Assembly (NCBI RefSeq): GCF_001194135.2
Contig: NC_068990.1
Span: 83,987,502 to 84,029,607, forward strand
Direction: 5' to 3'
Length of the DNA: 42,106 nt
From: Octopus bimaculoides
Taxonomy: Eukaryota
Shown here: piece by piece, positions 1-12,293 of the stretch
Layout: each line of letters opens with the position of its first letter
How positions within the stretch are numbered: position 1 is the first letter of the stretch
Notes under the pieces: generated by a model
The model's input: only the letters and a program-made list of their open reading frames with translations
Databases searched by the model: none
Told to the model about the DNA's origin: nothing
Position numbers and translations under genes: made by a program

Positions 1-1562
1 CCAGACTTTGTGGACACCCTGTATATATACATATACGTACATATGTACATATAAGCATACACACATACGCACACACACACACACACACACATACATACAC
101 ACAAAAAATATTGAATACTGGTATTATAACCCGATTTCATTCGGGTCTACTCGGGCCACATTTTAAAGAAGAGGAATTTTGCCTTAAAGGCCACACCTTT
201 CAATTGAGCATACTCAAAGTTGCCATGCAAACTCACCCACCACTTTCAACATAGGTGTGTCAATTTTCAGGTCAATCTGACCATATTTACTAACACTTTT
301 GCCTGCACAACTGCACGTGAGACAACATCTGCCCTTTTCACAAATATATAATGAAAGATAATGCTGCTATTGAGCTAACCTATACAAGCGCACACACACA
401 AAATATTGAATATAATGCTGTTATTGAGCCCCACCTTAGCTCTGAACAGGTTAATTTGACAAGCCTAACCTGATAAGCGTTTTTGTGTTTTGTCTGTTTT
501 TTGGCTTTATTCCGATGATGCCTATTCAGGCCTACACTATCGTAACTGATTTTTATTTGTAAGAAAATCAATTCTAGGATCTTTCTGATTTGGCGGGCGC
601 CATTTTTTATTTATGTTTTGTTTAGTATGTTTTCTACCGAAACACTTTCAAACTTCGTATACCTGTATATTTTGTGTTATAGAACAGATAAAAAATTTTG
701 TATTCGAAGTTATTTCATGTAAAAAAAAATTGTCGTATTTCGGTAATTTCAACCAATCACTGACGTCTATTGAGGTGAAAACAATTACTGCTATGGATTG
801 TCAACAAAACGTTGTGCGGTGTAATGGGATCTTTTCTCTTGAATAAAATTAGTGCCGTTGTTTGTCAACAACAACTATCGGCGGTACTGTTATTTATGAC
901 ATCGTTCGTGCGTTTGTNNNNNNNNNNNNNNNNNNNNNNNNNNNNNNNNNNNNNNNNNNNNNNNNNNNNNNNNNNNNNNNNNNNNNNNNNNNNNNNNNNN
1001 NNNNNNNNNNNNNNNNNNNNNNNNNNNNNNNNNNNNNNNNNNNNNNNNNNNNNNNNNNNNNNNNNNNNNNNNNNNNNNNNNNNNNNNNNNNNNNNNNNNN
1101 NNNNNNNNNNNNNNNNNNNNNNNNNNNNNNNNNNNNNNNNNNNNNNNNNNNNNNNNNNNNNNNNNNNNNNNNNNNNNNNNNNNNNNNNNNNNNNNNNNNN
1201 NNNNNNNNNNNNNNNNNNNNNNNNNNNNNNNNNNNNNNNNNNNNNNNNNNNNNNNNNNNNNNNNNNNNNNNNNNNNNNNNNNNNNNNNNNNNNNNNNNNN
1301 NNNNNNNNNNNNNNNNNNNNNNNNNNNNNNNNNNNNNNNNNNNNNNNNNNNNNNNNNNNNNNNNNNNNNNNNNNNNNNNNNNNNNNNNNNNNNNNNNNNN
1401 NNNNNNNNNNNNNNNNNNNNNNNNNNNNNNNNNNNNNNNNNNNNNNNNNNNNNNNNNNNNNNNNNNNNNNNNNNNNNNNNNNNNNNNNNNNNNNNNNNNN
1501 NNNNNNNNNNNNNNNNNNNNNNNNNNNNNNNNNNNNNNNNNNNNNNNNNNNNNNNNNNNNNT

Positions 1563-1687
1563 TTTTTTTTGCCCACAAGGGGCTAAACATGGAGGGGCCA
1601 AACAAGGACAGACAAAGGAATTAAGTCGATTACAGCGACCCCAGTGCGTAACTGGTACTTAATTTATCGACCCCCGAAAGGATGAAT
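1563..1687 (-). mobile_element. SINE family A 3' fragment
   Basis: CCCCAGTGCGTAACTGGTACTTAATTTATCGACCCCCGAAAGGATGAA matches the family A core. Confidence 0.75.
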
Positions 1688-2446
1688 GGGAACCTGCTCG
1701 TGGTCAATCAATCCACTGGAAATTGCAAGCAAATTTACCTCAAGTGTACTACCCTACAAATACGAACTGCAAGGCTTAAATGCTTTAATCAGAAACCTGT
1801 TCAGTCACTGATGAGAAAATGGTAAATAACAATATATTATATCTAGGATTCTTTCTTTGTTATATTGTCTTTCTTTCTTACCATCATTCAACAAGTTAGC
1901 AACTACCGTGGGAACATCTTAGTATCAGGGACGAATTTCAGGTTGATGAAAATAACTATTTAATTTTAGAAAAGCATAGATTTATAATATATTAAGCTAG
2001 CAGCTAACCTTTGACCGTTTTTTTTTTTTCTTTTAAAGATGTTCCTTTATACAAACTTTCAGTCACCTAGATTTAAAATTATGGTCTACAACTTGAAGCA
2101 TACATGCACGTTTACATACTAAGGTTCTTGTTTCGATCTTAGAGTCCTAGATATACTATGCCTAAATAAAAGACGACATGGCCACGACCGGGACACCTTT
2201 GATAATAAGTCTGTCTATTCTACAATTGACCTGATCTTAATTAATAACAACCATGACAGCTACACCTCTCTGCAACATTTTTCTTTATCAAACCAAGCGA
2301 TATCTATGCTACGTCTATCCCTATTTCCTGTAGATATCTGCAACGCCTAAATCGTGGCTTTAAGCGTAAAATAGTTAATCCTGTTGTTGATTATGGCACT
2401 GTAGGTATAAGCATCCTAGTCTGTGTGTGAATGCACTAATGCGAAT

Positions 2447-3037
2447 GATGAGTGAGTGAGTGAGTGAGTGAGTGATTGAGTGAGTGAGTGAGTGAGTGAA
2501 TGAGTGAGTGAATGAGTGAGTGAGTGAGTGAGTGAGTGAGTGAGTGATTGAGTGAGTGAGTGAGTGAATGAGTGAGTGAATGAGTGAGTGAATGAGTGAG
2601 TGAGTGAGTGAATGAGTGAGTGAGTGAATGAGTGAGTGAGTGATTGAGTGGGTGATTGAGTGAGTGAATGAGTGAGTGAGTGAANNNNNNNNNNNNNNNN
2701 NNNNNNGATGAGTGAGTGAGTGAGTGAGTGAGTGATTGAGTGAGTGAGTGAGTGAGTGAATGAGTGAGTGAATGAGTGAGTGAGTGAGTGAGTGAGTGAG
2801 TGAGTGATTGAGTGAGTGAGTGAGTGAATGAGTGAGTGAATGAGTGAGTGAGTGAGTGAATGAGTGAGTGAGTGAATGAGTGAGTGAGTGATTGAGTGGG
2901 TGATTGAGTGAGTGAATGAGTGAGTGAGTGAATGAGTAAGTGGGTGATTAAGTGAGTGGGTGAGTGAGTGAGTGAGTGAGTGAGTGAGTGAGTGAGTGAG
3001 TGAGTGAATGAGTGAATGAGTGAGTGAGTGAGTGAGT
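2447..3037. repeat. (TGAG)n tetranucleotide array with TGAA/TGAT variants
   Basis: Direct reading; spans a 22-N gap. Confidence 0.97.
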
Positions 3038-3743
3038 ATTTATTGTATATTCTAACTGTATTTTGATGGGAAAGTAAGATTATCGTTAGATAGGGATTGA
3101 GCAGATTATGTACGCCATGAAAAGAGAAGAAAGTATGGTATACTATATAGACTTGATGGAAGAGTGGAACTCAAAAATGTATGGAATGTGCGAATAAATG
3201 AATGTGTCTATTTGGATATAATTCCATCCACCATCTTTATACAACTATAAACAGCACACAGATCTTCAGCGATACAGTACAAAACATTACATTATATTGA
3301 TACAAAGCCACATTATTAGATAAGATTAATTATACAAGAGGCACTTTGTGAAACACGTTAGAAAAAACGTAGAAAAGGTCTATATAATAGGGCAACAACT
3401 GTGCGCATGCCCTACAGAATTGCTTTAAACTTTTTATCCCACCCAAATAAAATTTATGTTGTCGTTTTAACCATTTTCATTATTTTTTGCTGGCATAGAT
3501 CACGTTAGTTTCCACCAACTAAACAGTATCCCAATGGAAAAGTTGTTTCCTCATTTTAATTAGCAGGCCTCGAATCAACTGTGCTCCAGTCGTAACTACC
3601 GTGTCTTTACTTTTCTTCGACAACTACCTTATCGAAAATGACATCCTTTTTATAATACGGTATTTAGCTTCTACTTGAGCGTGGCGTAAAGTCTCCTGAA
3701 TTGGTTAGGCAAAAGAAATTATTATTATAATTTAGTCACAGGA

Positions 3744-4176
3744 AAGGCGGCGAGCTGACAGGAAAATATACTTAGCAGTATTTCGTCCGTCTTCACGTTC
3801 TGAGCTTAAAATACGCCGAGGCCGACTTTGCTTTCATCCTTCGGGGTCGATAAAATAAGTACCAGGTAAGTACTGAAGTCGATGTAATCGACTTCGCGCT
3901 ACCCTCAAAATCTGTTGTTCTTGGGCCAACATTTGAAACCATTATTAAGTTCCAAGAAGGCAACGACCTGGCAGAATTGTTCCTGCTTTGGATAAAATGC
4001 TCAGCGGCATCTCTTTCAGCTCTGAGTTCTGAGTTCAAATTTCGGAAAGATCGACTTTGCCTCTCATTTCTTGAAGATCGATATTATAAATAACAATTGA
4101 GCACTAGGGATAATGTAATCGACTTGCCCACTTCTCTCAAAATTTCTGGTCTTATGCCAAAATTAGAAAGAATAAT
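3744..4176 (+). mobile_element. Two tandem copies of tRNA-derived SINE family A (3744-3947, 3957-4176)
   Basis: Both show the head GGCGGCGAGCTG.CAG, a B-box-like GAGTTCAAATT, the core CTTTCATCCTTTCGGGGTCGATAAAATAAGTACCAG...GTCGATGTAATCGAC and a (T)AAT tail. Confidence 0.8.
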
Positions 4177-4822
4177 TCATTCCTATGTCAATCGCGATAG
4201 AACATACCTATGAACTTTGGAATTCACGAACACCCGGTATTTTCATATTCACACGGAAAGCCTTAAAGCTGACACTATTCGTGCCATCTTTCCCACTCAT
4301 AAGACACTGTAAAGTTATTTGAGGAAGAATTTGGTTCCAATTTCAAGAAAATTAAGCGAATTCGTTAAAGGAGATTATTAATCTTTCCTGAATGACTTTT
4401 TGTTATTCTGCAGTCCGGGTTCGAGTCAATGCTGTAACTTAAATCATCGATTCACTTCATTTCAATACACGTAGACCACAAGTAAACCTTAATAGAAGTT
4501 ATTATTATCCCAACTACCATTTCTCTTCTTTTAAAATCAAAAACAAAAACAAATGTAATTCAATCATTGCTACATGCAGTCTACATATGCCTACTAGCAT
4601 GAGACTAAAGAGATCTAAATACATAAGATAAACACAAGTTACACCTTGAACCAACAGATAAAGCTTCAAACCATCTGGGAGCGGCGAGTCTTTGAATTAT
4701 AATACAAGAAAAACCAAAAACAAGTAGATGTACAAGTTCATGAATATCAATATTTGATTATGGCTATCGATAACTATAATTCCGATGAGTTATACTGCAC
4801 CTGAGCACTGTGTACAACACGC

Positions 4823-4879
<57 letters not shown>
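4823..4879. repeat. (ATT)n microsatellite
   Basis: Direct reading. Confidence 0.97.
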
Positions 4880-5109
4880 CATTGTTATTGATAACTTTTA
4901 TTATCATTTTTAGTATTGTTGTTGCTGTTGTTGCTGTTATTGATAGTTTCGGTTACTGTGAACTTCCATAATACCATTAGTACATAATTCATCGATAATC
5001 ATATTATTTCTATTGAATGGCCAAGCTATATTTTGGCCCCAAATTGATGCAACATGTTTAACCGGTAGAGATGATTACACGCGCATGCACACACCGGGTA
5101 ATTCATACA

Positions 5110-5143
<34 letters not shown>

Positions 5144-6379
5144 CATAGATGCATACATGCATACATACGCACACTCATACAAATGACTACATGTATGCGT
5201 GTATATATATACTTTTGCACAGATATTTACATATAGACATACACATACATATATACATTCGCACATAAATATTTTTAATCTACCTACCTACCTACAAACA
5301 TACATATATAATGTATGTATATATACATAATACATATTTTATAGTCATTCATACATTTATACATACATAATGTATGTATGTATGTATACATACACCCATA
5401 CATTCATGATGTAGGTATACATACATATATACATATTTTATAATCATACAAAGACGTTTTGTAATCTTACAATGGGCAGTAGTTACAAGGTGAGTCATGG
5501 ACCGAGAGTAACGTGTGGGAACGACCCTCACTGCCCTTGAGTCACCTTGAGTACTTTGAGCAGAATGTAGTGAGTGATGATGGGCATTGGATTAGTTAGT
5601 GCTAATTAATATTGCTACCATCATCATCATCATCATATCATCATCATCATTATCATCATCATTCTATAGGAAAGAATAAATCATTAATTTGAGAAGAGCT
5701 ATATAGCTTAAATCTTATGTAATGTGTGCTTATGGGGAAAATGTTTAAGCTTTTAAAATTATTAAGTGCTTATGTTTGAGCGTGAGCATATTTCTGTCTA
5801 CATAAATTTCTTTTCGATTCCATAGGGTTTGTACGTCTATTATTACCTCTGCACCTGTAGAAGAATTCACTTGAAGGCATAAAATGGTTTAAGTCTATGC
5901 CTAATAAGGATATCATTAGATTCTTCCGGCCCAACATCAAGAACTACTAAACGACTATCACGAAACCGCTAATCATCAAAGCATTTAATTAATCAGAACA
6001 ATTACAATTTCCGTTGCAGACATACATATACCATTTACTAAAAACATTGGCCTGCTATGACGAATCTATCTGGATACATAAAAGTTCTATCTCCCACTTC
6101 TATCACAGTGTAGAGATATATAATTCAGTGCATTCAGTGACCTCATTGGCCAATACCTGCTCCGCCACCTTAGAATTTATTTCAAACGCGTCGGTAGAGA
6201 ATTATATCAAAATGACGGTTGTTGATGCTGAACAACTTTAGTGCGAAAACAACAAAGCTTCAGAAATAATACAATTGTTGTTAAATAATCTTGAATTACT
6301 CATCACCTTGGACACCAGTCTTATTCATGCTAATATTCTGGGCAGCCATCCACCTAGAACTATATTCCTTATTCTACCC

Positions 6380-6476
6380 AACGAATCCTTAAGACAAACG
6401 AATCCTTAAGACAAACGAATCCTTAAGACAAACGAATCCTTAAGACAAACGAATCCTTAAGACAAACGAATCCTTA
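6380..6476. repeat. Perfect 17-bp minisatellite (AACGAATCCTTAAGACA) x5.7
   Basis: Five identical units plus a 12-nt partial unit. Confidence 0.97.
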
Positions 6477-7717
6477 CATTACATTCGTTTGCACTCAAAC
6501 TTAGTTTGAAGCATGACGTAGCCTTAAGTTCTCACAGCTATCTTCCAATGAAAAACTTTCAGAAAATGTTTCAGTTCTATAATGGTACCCTATCTAGAAG
6601 TGGCTTTCAGATCAAGTTAACATACACATACTTCACCTAGAACTCCACAGGACAATACATTTAGATACATGAACTAGTATGATCCTTTCTACAACTCAAG
6701 CAGTAGCAAGCCCAGAGTTTGAACTATTCTTAACATTACGTAGAAACACATTTCCCTCACAACACAAAAAACTACCCATTAAAAAAAAAAAAAAAAATCG
6801 CCGTTCAACTGTCTCAAACTTTGCTTAAAGCATTGCAAAAGTTCCAACATCCCTAATCTGAAAAATATCAATCACACTAGTTCAGTGTACAATGTAATTG
6901 TACAAAACTTAAATCATGCCCTGTTGACTCACATTGGTTAATTAAAGGCATTGTCTACCAATGGTTCATGTCGAAAAACTATATCTTGACGACTTGCATG
7001 ATATGACCGCCATCCCTTTCAAAAGAAGATACTATTCACATAACCACACTTTTGCTTATACATCACAGTTTTTGTAGAATTTAAATGTGTTTATGAGCTA
7101 CTTTATCATTCTTTTATTAAACATTGAAACAAATGCAGTTTGGGAACTAATTCATCTCTACGGTTACGGCTTGAACAGGCCACAATTGCGGCACACACAC
7201 ACACACACAAACACGTGAGTGCATACACACACACACATACACACAAGCACCTTCGCACACGCAATATGCACCAGCACACGCGCGCTCGCATAAATATAAA
7301 AGCCAACCGTCGCTATATGGTTCCGAACTTTCTTCCTTCTTTGACTTCACGGTTTGACACGTTGGCTAAAAGTGTTTTGCTTTTCTTGTCACTTCAACAT
7401 AAAGTTCACCCAAATGTCATGATATGTGTAACTGGGTGTACGGAAATCTGTCAGATTAAATATTCAGGTTCTTGGGTGATAGCTGCCACCCGCTTTAACG
7501 TCACACTACCACCAAGATGTTTTAGCAGGGTTCCCACAGTTACAAGTATTAACACCAGACCTCCGTCCCTCCTCTACCCATGTTTTGTTTGTTTGTTTTT
7601 TTTTCTGTAGACGTATAGTGACCTTGAAATGTTTAAACTGGACATGGGGTCTGTAAAGAGCATGGATATTTTCCCAATTTCTAACTAACCTACTCAAACA
7701 TGCACGCTATCGTCACG

Positions 7718-7945
7718 CCGCCATCTCCACCACTACTATCATCACCATCATCTTCACAACCATTTCTACCAACAACATCGTCACTACCAGTAATAGTACA
7801 CCAACACCATCACTATCATCATTATCACTACCACCACCGCCATCATGTAGAACTTCCGCCAACACTAAGACAACGACATTCACCATTATTAATTATCACA
7901 AGGACTGCCATCATCGCCTCTACTTCCACCACCATTACAACTATC
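7718..7945. repeat. Degenerate (CAC/CAT/CAA)n low-complexity tract
   Basis: Direct reading; it generates the His/Thr/Pro-rich pseudo-ORF 7700-8092. Confidence 0.8.
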
Positions 7946-8369
7946 ATATGTTGTCAGGGGAGTTGCAAATATTCGGACATGGTTTCCAGGCTAAGGATAA
8001 TTCGATCTCTTGATACTCGGCTTATTCAAATACAGCACACGTCAACGTTCTTCTATGAGCCAATGAGAGAGCTGCTACGCTCGATGTCGTAGAGAAATCT
8101 CCTTCAAATGAAACCCTTCTATCTAATAGAAAGAAAGGATATACTGGAAACCATATCCCCTGGTACACATACTGCTAGATTGGTAGTAATCATAGGCGTG
8201 CCTTATAAAAATTGGCCAGGGTCTAAACAACACCACTAATCCTACGAAAGAATAATAAAACAACATTGTGTGTAAACAAGTGGAGAAAAATAAACTCGGA
8301 ATAGTCGGAACTTGAGGCATGACATGCTTTCCAAAATATAGTGGTCCCTTTGTTTGCAAAGCCTATCAC

Positions 8370-8408
<39 letters not shown>

Positions 8409-8760
8409 ACTGCACACACACGCACACATGCACACACACACACACACACACACACAAACATACACACATACTTGTGTGCACNNNNNNNNNNNNNNNNNNN
8501 NNNNNNNNNNNNNNNNNNNNNNNNNNNNNNNNNNNNNNNNNNNNNNNNNNNNNNNNNNNNNNNNNNNNNNNNNNNNNNNNNNNNNNNNNNNNNNNNNNNN
8601 NNNNNNNNNNNNNNNNNNNNNNNNNNNNNNNNNNNNNNNNNNNNNNNNNNNNNNNNNNNNNNNNNNNNNNNNNNNNNNNNNNNNNNNNNNNNNNNNNNNN
8701 NNNNNNNNNNNNNNNNNNNNNNNNNNNNNNNNNNNNNNNNNNNNNNNNNNNNNNNNNNNN

Positions 8761-8806
<46 letters not shown>

Positions 8807-8970
8807 TTTACATATATCCATATGTATATATATATATATATATATATACATGCATTTGTATAGCATATATCCATTTGTATATATATACATACATACATAT
8901 GTATATATCCATATGTATATATATACATACATACATACATACATACATAATACATACACACATATATTTA

Positions 8971-9844
8971 CAAGCTGGGAAGGGACAATTGTCGCCATAT
9001 TAAGATTTTCATTACACGCTTACGCATTGTCTGCTTTTGATTTTGTCGACTACACAGTATAGTCGGGTCAGTTGGACACCGTCTGAGAGAAAAACAGCAC
9101 CATGACATAATTCACTCTGCCAGAAATTTGGAGACGACATGTCGTACTGCTCGTTATTCGAGCTGGAGGCTCGAATACGAACATTCCAGAGTGTTTGGGT
9201 GTCAATTTGAGGAGATGCACTGAGTGTGATAAAAATCAAACATCCAGTCAACATCATGGTGTTTGGAATGATCACTAATGATGATGACGTTATGCCTCAA
9301 TTCATCTTCCCACACGGCCTCAGACTCAACACGAAGGCCTACATCAAGTACCTGGAGGAGGTAGTGCTGCCCTGGGTGAAGAGGGTGGCAGCTGGAAGAC
9401 TATGTCTTGCAACAGGACTCTGAACCGTGCCACACAAGCAGGAGAACCCAGTCATGGCTTTCCGACAATTTCTGCGACCACATCACCCCCACCCAACATC
9501 TGGCCACTTAACTCCCCACATTGCAACACCTTTGATTATTATATGTGGTGCACAGTTGGGCGAGAGACCAACAAAACTCCTTGCAACACACAAGATGAAG
9601 TGAAGGCAAGGATTATGGCAGCATTCACCAACTTAAACAAGGAAACTGTCTAGAGGTGTTGCAGGAGATTCCGAAGTCGTCTGGAAACCGTGGTTGAAGC
9701 CAATGGCGATTTTATTGTATAAATTTACCCTTTAGTATTTCAAGTATTTTTATGTAATTTAGGTAAATCTAGACGTTAAAATGAGATGCCAGTGTTATTT
9801 TCATTTTTGCGTAATTTAGACGACAGTTTATTCACTCCACCCTG
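8971..9844 (+). mobile_element. Internally deleted, decayed Tc1/mariner transposon of the DD37D (maT) type
   Basis: TA flanks both ends (8969-70, 9845-46) and the terminal inverted repeats (TIRs) are degenerate (15/26 identical). The CDS starts at 9102 (MT*FTLPEIWRRHVVLLVIRAGG), has a deletion near 9220, then reads IKIKHPVNIMVFG...LEEVVLPWVKRVAAGR [frameshift] QQDSEPCHTSRRTQSWLSDNFCDHITP [+4 nt] NIWPLNSPHCNTFDYYMW...VVEANGDFI. There are 37 residues between the second and third catalytic Asp once the 4-nt insertion is removed. Confidence 0.85.
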
Positions 9845-9941
9845 TATGTATATATGTGTGTGTCTATATTTATAAATGTATATGCAGATATACACATACA
9901 TATATGCATGTAAAATCACAGACACACACAGACACACATAT

Positions 9942-9943
<2 letters not shown>

Positions 9944-10035
<92 letters not shown>

Positions 10036-10066
10036 ATATCCACACACACACACACACACACACACA
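9944..10066. repeat. (CA)n microsatellite
   Basis: Direct reading; one of many CA/TA/CATA tracts in the window. Confidence 0.97.
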
Positions 10067-10922
10067 CGTGATAATGTCAGTGATAACAAACTGTGTTTTG
10101 TGCTGAAAAGTTAATACGAACGTTTAATTAAGCAAAAATACAAGGTTAAATAAATAATTAGAGGAAATTGTGATAGTGTGTCTGGTTCGGGTAATTATAA
10201 TACAATGACTGCTACCACCACTACTTTTATCATTTCAACGTAGCCACTTGATCTGTTAAAAACAGTAGTTGTATCTTCCTCAAATCACACACAACAAACT
10301 TGGGAAACATTGGATAATCCTTCATATGACAGAGTGATCACTGTTGGAGAATTATTGATTTGATCTTCTCACTCAGCAGGATAAAACAATAACAACATCT
10401 GTTTGAGCCAATGATTTTACTTCTCTGCAGCTATCAGACCTGCAAGAAACAGCAGTGAATTTTCTCTAAAATTACACCTTAAAATCTTTGAAAATAAATT
10501 GACACGACAATCTAGACAGACAAAAAGACGAGATGATTATGGTTAGAATGCCTCTGTCCATAGATCAGGTCGATTTGACGTAGAGTTAATAGATTTACAC
10601 CATCATGTAATAAAAAGGAAAGAACACATAAGAATAACGTGTCAAGTTTTTCATCGTATTTCTGCCTGATCAAATTTGAGCTAGGATTAACAATAAAATA
10701 CCAACCACAGGAACAAGAACAGCCCTCTTCCCGTTTCCATCTCCCTTAAGAAAAATAACAATGTCAACACTCAGTGGAAGCTATCTTTTTTTCTCTAAAA
10801 CCTTTTTCATACCGACCCACCTGAGACCGCCATGATTTTATGACACAAATTTCCTGCTTTAAAGTGATCTAAATTAATTTATGTTAATTTGTTAATTTAT
10901 GTTCCAAACATCAGAATAATAA

Positions 10923-11298
10923 TACTCTTTTACTTGTTTCAGTCATTTGACTGCGACCATGCTGGAACACCGCCTTTACTCGAGCAAATCAACCCCTAGT
11001 ACTTATTCTATCGGTCTCTTTTGCCGAACCGCTAAGTTACGGGGACGTAAACACACCACCATCGGTTGTCAAGTGATATTGGGGGGGGGGGGACAAACAC
11101 AGACACACAAACATGCATACATACACATATATGCGACGGGCTTCTTTCAGTTTCCGTCTACCAAATCTACTCACAAGGCTTTGGTCGGCCCGATGCTATA
11201 TAGTAGAAGCACACATGCCCAAGGTGCCATGCAACGGGAATGAACCCGGAGCCATGTGGCTGGTAAGCAAGCTACTTACCACACAGCCACTCCTGCAC
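10923..11298 (-). mobile_element. Full-length tRNA-derived SINE family B copy (central CA/TA microsatellite)
   Basis: Minus-strand head AGGAGTGGCTGTGTGGTAAGTAGCTTGC, central ACAC/ATAT tract and tail CAGTCAAATGACTGAAACAAGTAAAAGAGTA. It is colinear with 28020-28439. Confidence 0.88.
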
Positions 11299-11594
11299 CT
11301 ACTAAATTTTACTAAATTCGTTATTACTTTCAAAATGAACTGAAACAGAGACGGTGCATTTCAACAGAAATAGGTCAACGGGAGAGATTACTACTTAAGT
11401 AAAAGTTTTTAAATAATTCCATGTTGCTCATGTTCGCATTTAACTCACTTTATGCCATGAAAAGAGAATGGATTATCAAGCACAAATTTTAAATTAAGGA
11501 CCAGTGCAGAGCAGTTGCTTCGTGAATTGAAATAGTTTAGAGGAATTATGCCCTTAGATAGGCAATGAGGACAATAGTGGTTGGGAGAGAAATG

Positions 11595-11630
11595 CAAGAT
11601 GGCGGCGTATACTTATTATTCAATTTCCGG
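11595..11630 (+). promoter_or_regulatory. Candidate housekeeping-type promoter or first exon: YY1 motif overlapping an ATG, plus an ETS-like motif
   Basis: CAAGATGGCGGC (11595-11606) is an exact match to the YY1 consensus, with ATG at 11599 (MAAYTYYSISG). ATTTCCGG (11623-11630; reverse CCGGAAAT) is ETS-like and is followed by a possible donor GG|GTATTT. The site does not resemble the repeat families recognised in this window. Confidence 0.45.
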
Positions 11631-11791
11631 GTATTTTATATGTTTCCATGTCTACGAATAGAGCATCATGAACTATCGTTTGTCAAGTTTCTATGAATAT
11701 AAATTTATTTGTTTATTTATTAGGATTATTCGTGTATATTTTATCCAGTTATGATACAACACACGCTATAGATTAATTTATAGCATACTTC

Positions 11792-12005
11792 TTTTCTACT
11801 CTAGGCACAAGGCCCGAAATTTTGGAGGAGGGAGCAGTCGATTAGATCGACCCCGTTACGCAACTGGTACTTAATTTATCGACCCCGAAAGGATGAAATG
11901 CAAAGTCAACCTCGGTGGAATTTGGACTGAGCACGCAAAGACAAACGAAATACCGTCGAGCATTTCGTCCGGCGTGCTAACGTTCCTACCAACTCGCCGC
12001 CTTAC
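11792..12005 (-). mobile_element. Full-length SINE family A copy with 14-bp TSD
   Basis: TSD TTATAGCATACTTC at 11778-11791 and 12006-12019, with the family A core on the minus strand. Confidence 0.9.
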
Positions 12006-12049
12006 TTATAGCATACTTCACATAAATAAATGACACGGTTATTTTATTC

Positions 12050-12293
12050 TTTTCTTTTCTACAGTAGGCACAAGGCCCGAATTTTTTTTTNNNNNNNNNN
12101 NNNNNNNNNNNNNNNNNNNNNNNNNNNNNNNNNNNNNNNNNNNNNNNNNNNNNNNNNNNNNNNNNNNNNNNNNNNNNNNNNGAAGCGGCCAGTCGATTAG
12201 ATCGACCCAAGTACGCAACTGGTACTTAATCTATCGACTCCGAAATGATGAAAAGCAAAGTCGACCTCTGCGGAATTTGAACTCAAAACTTCG
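12050..12293 (-). mobile_element. SINE family A copy (5'-truncated, spans a gap)
   Basis: Same core as 11792-12005 (CAGTCGATTAGATCGACCC...AACTGGTACTTAAT.TATCGAC...GGAATTTGAACTC). Confidence 0.8.

Noticed and set aside
3401-3411. GTGCGCATGCC as an NRF1-like site
   Set aside because: It is an incomplete palindrome with no supporting promoter context.
5467-5535. Minus-strand GSEGRSHTLLSVHDSPCNYCPL* as the missing PLAC8 exon
   Set aside because: It begins GS and contains CxYCPL, but stops immediately, lacks the conserved Asp and the CxxxQxxxE segment, and has no polypyrimidine tract.
7700-8092. 130-aa His/Pro/Thr-rich ORF
   Set aside because: It derives from a degenerate CAC/CAT trinucleotide tract, with no domain or splice support.
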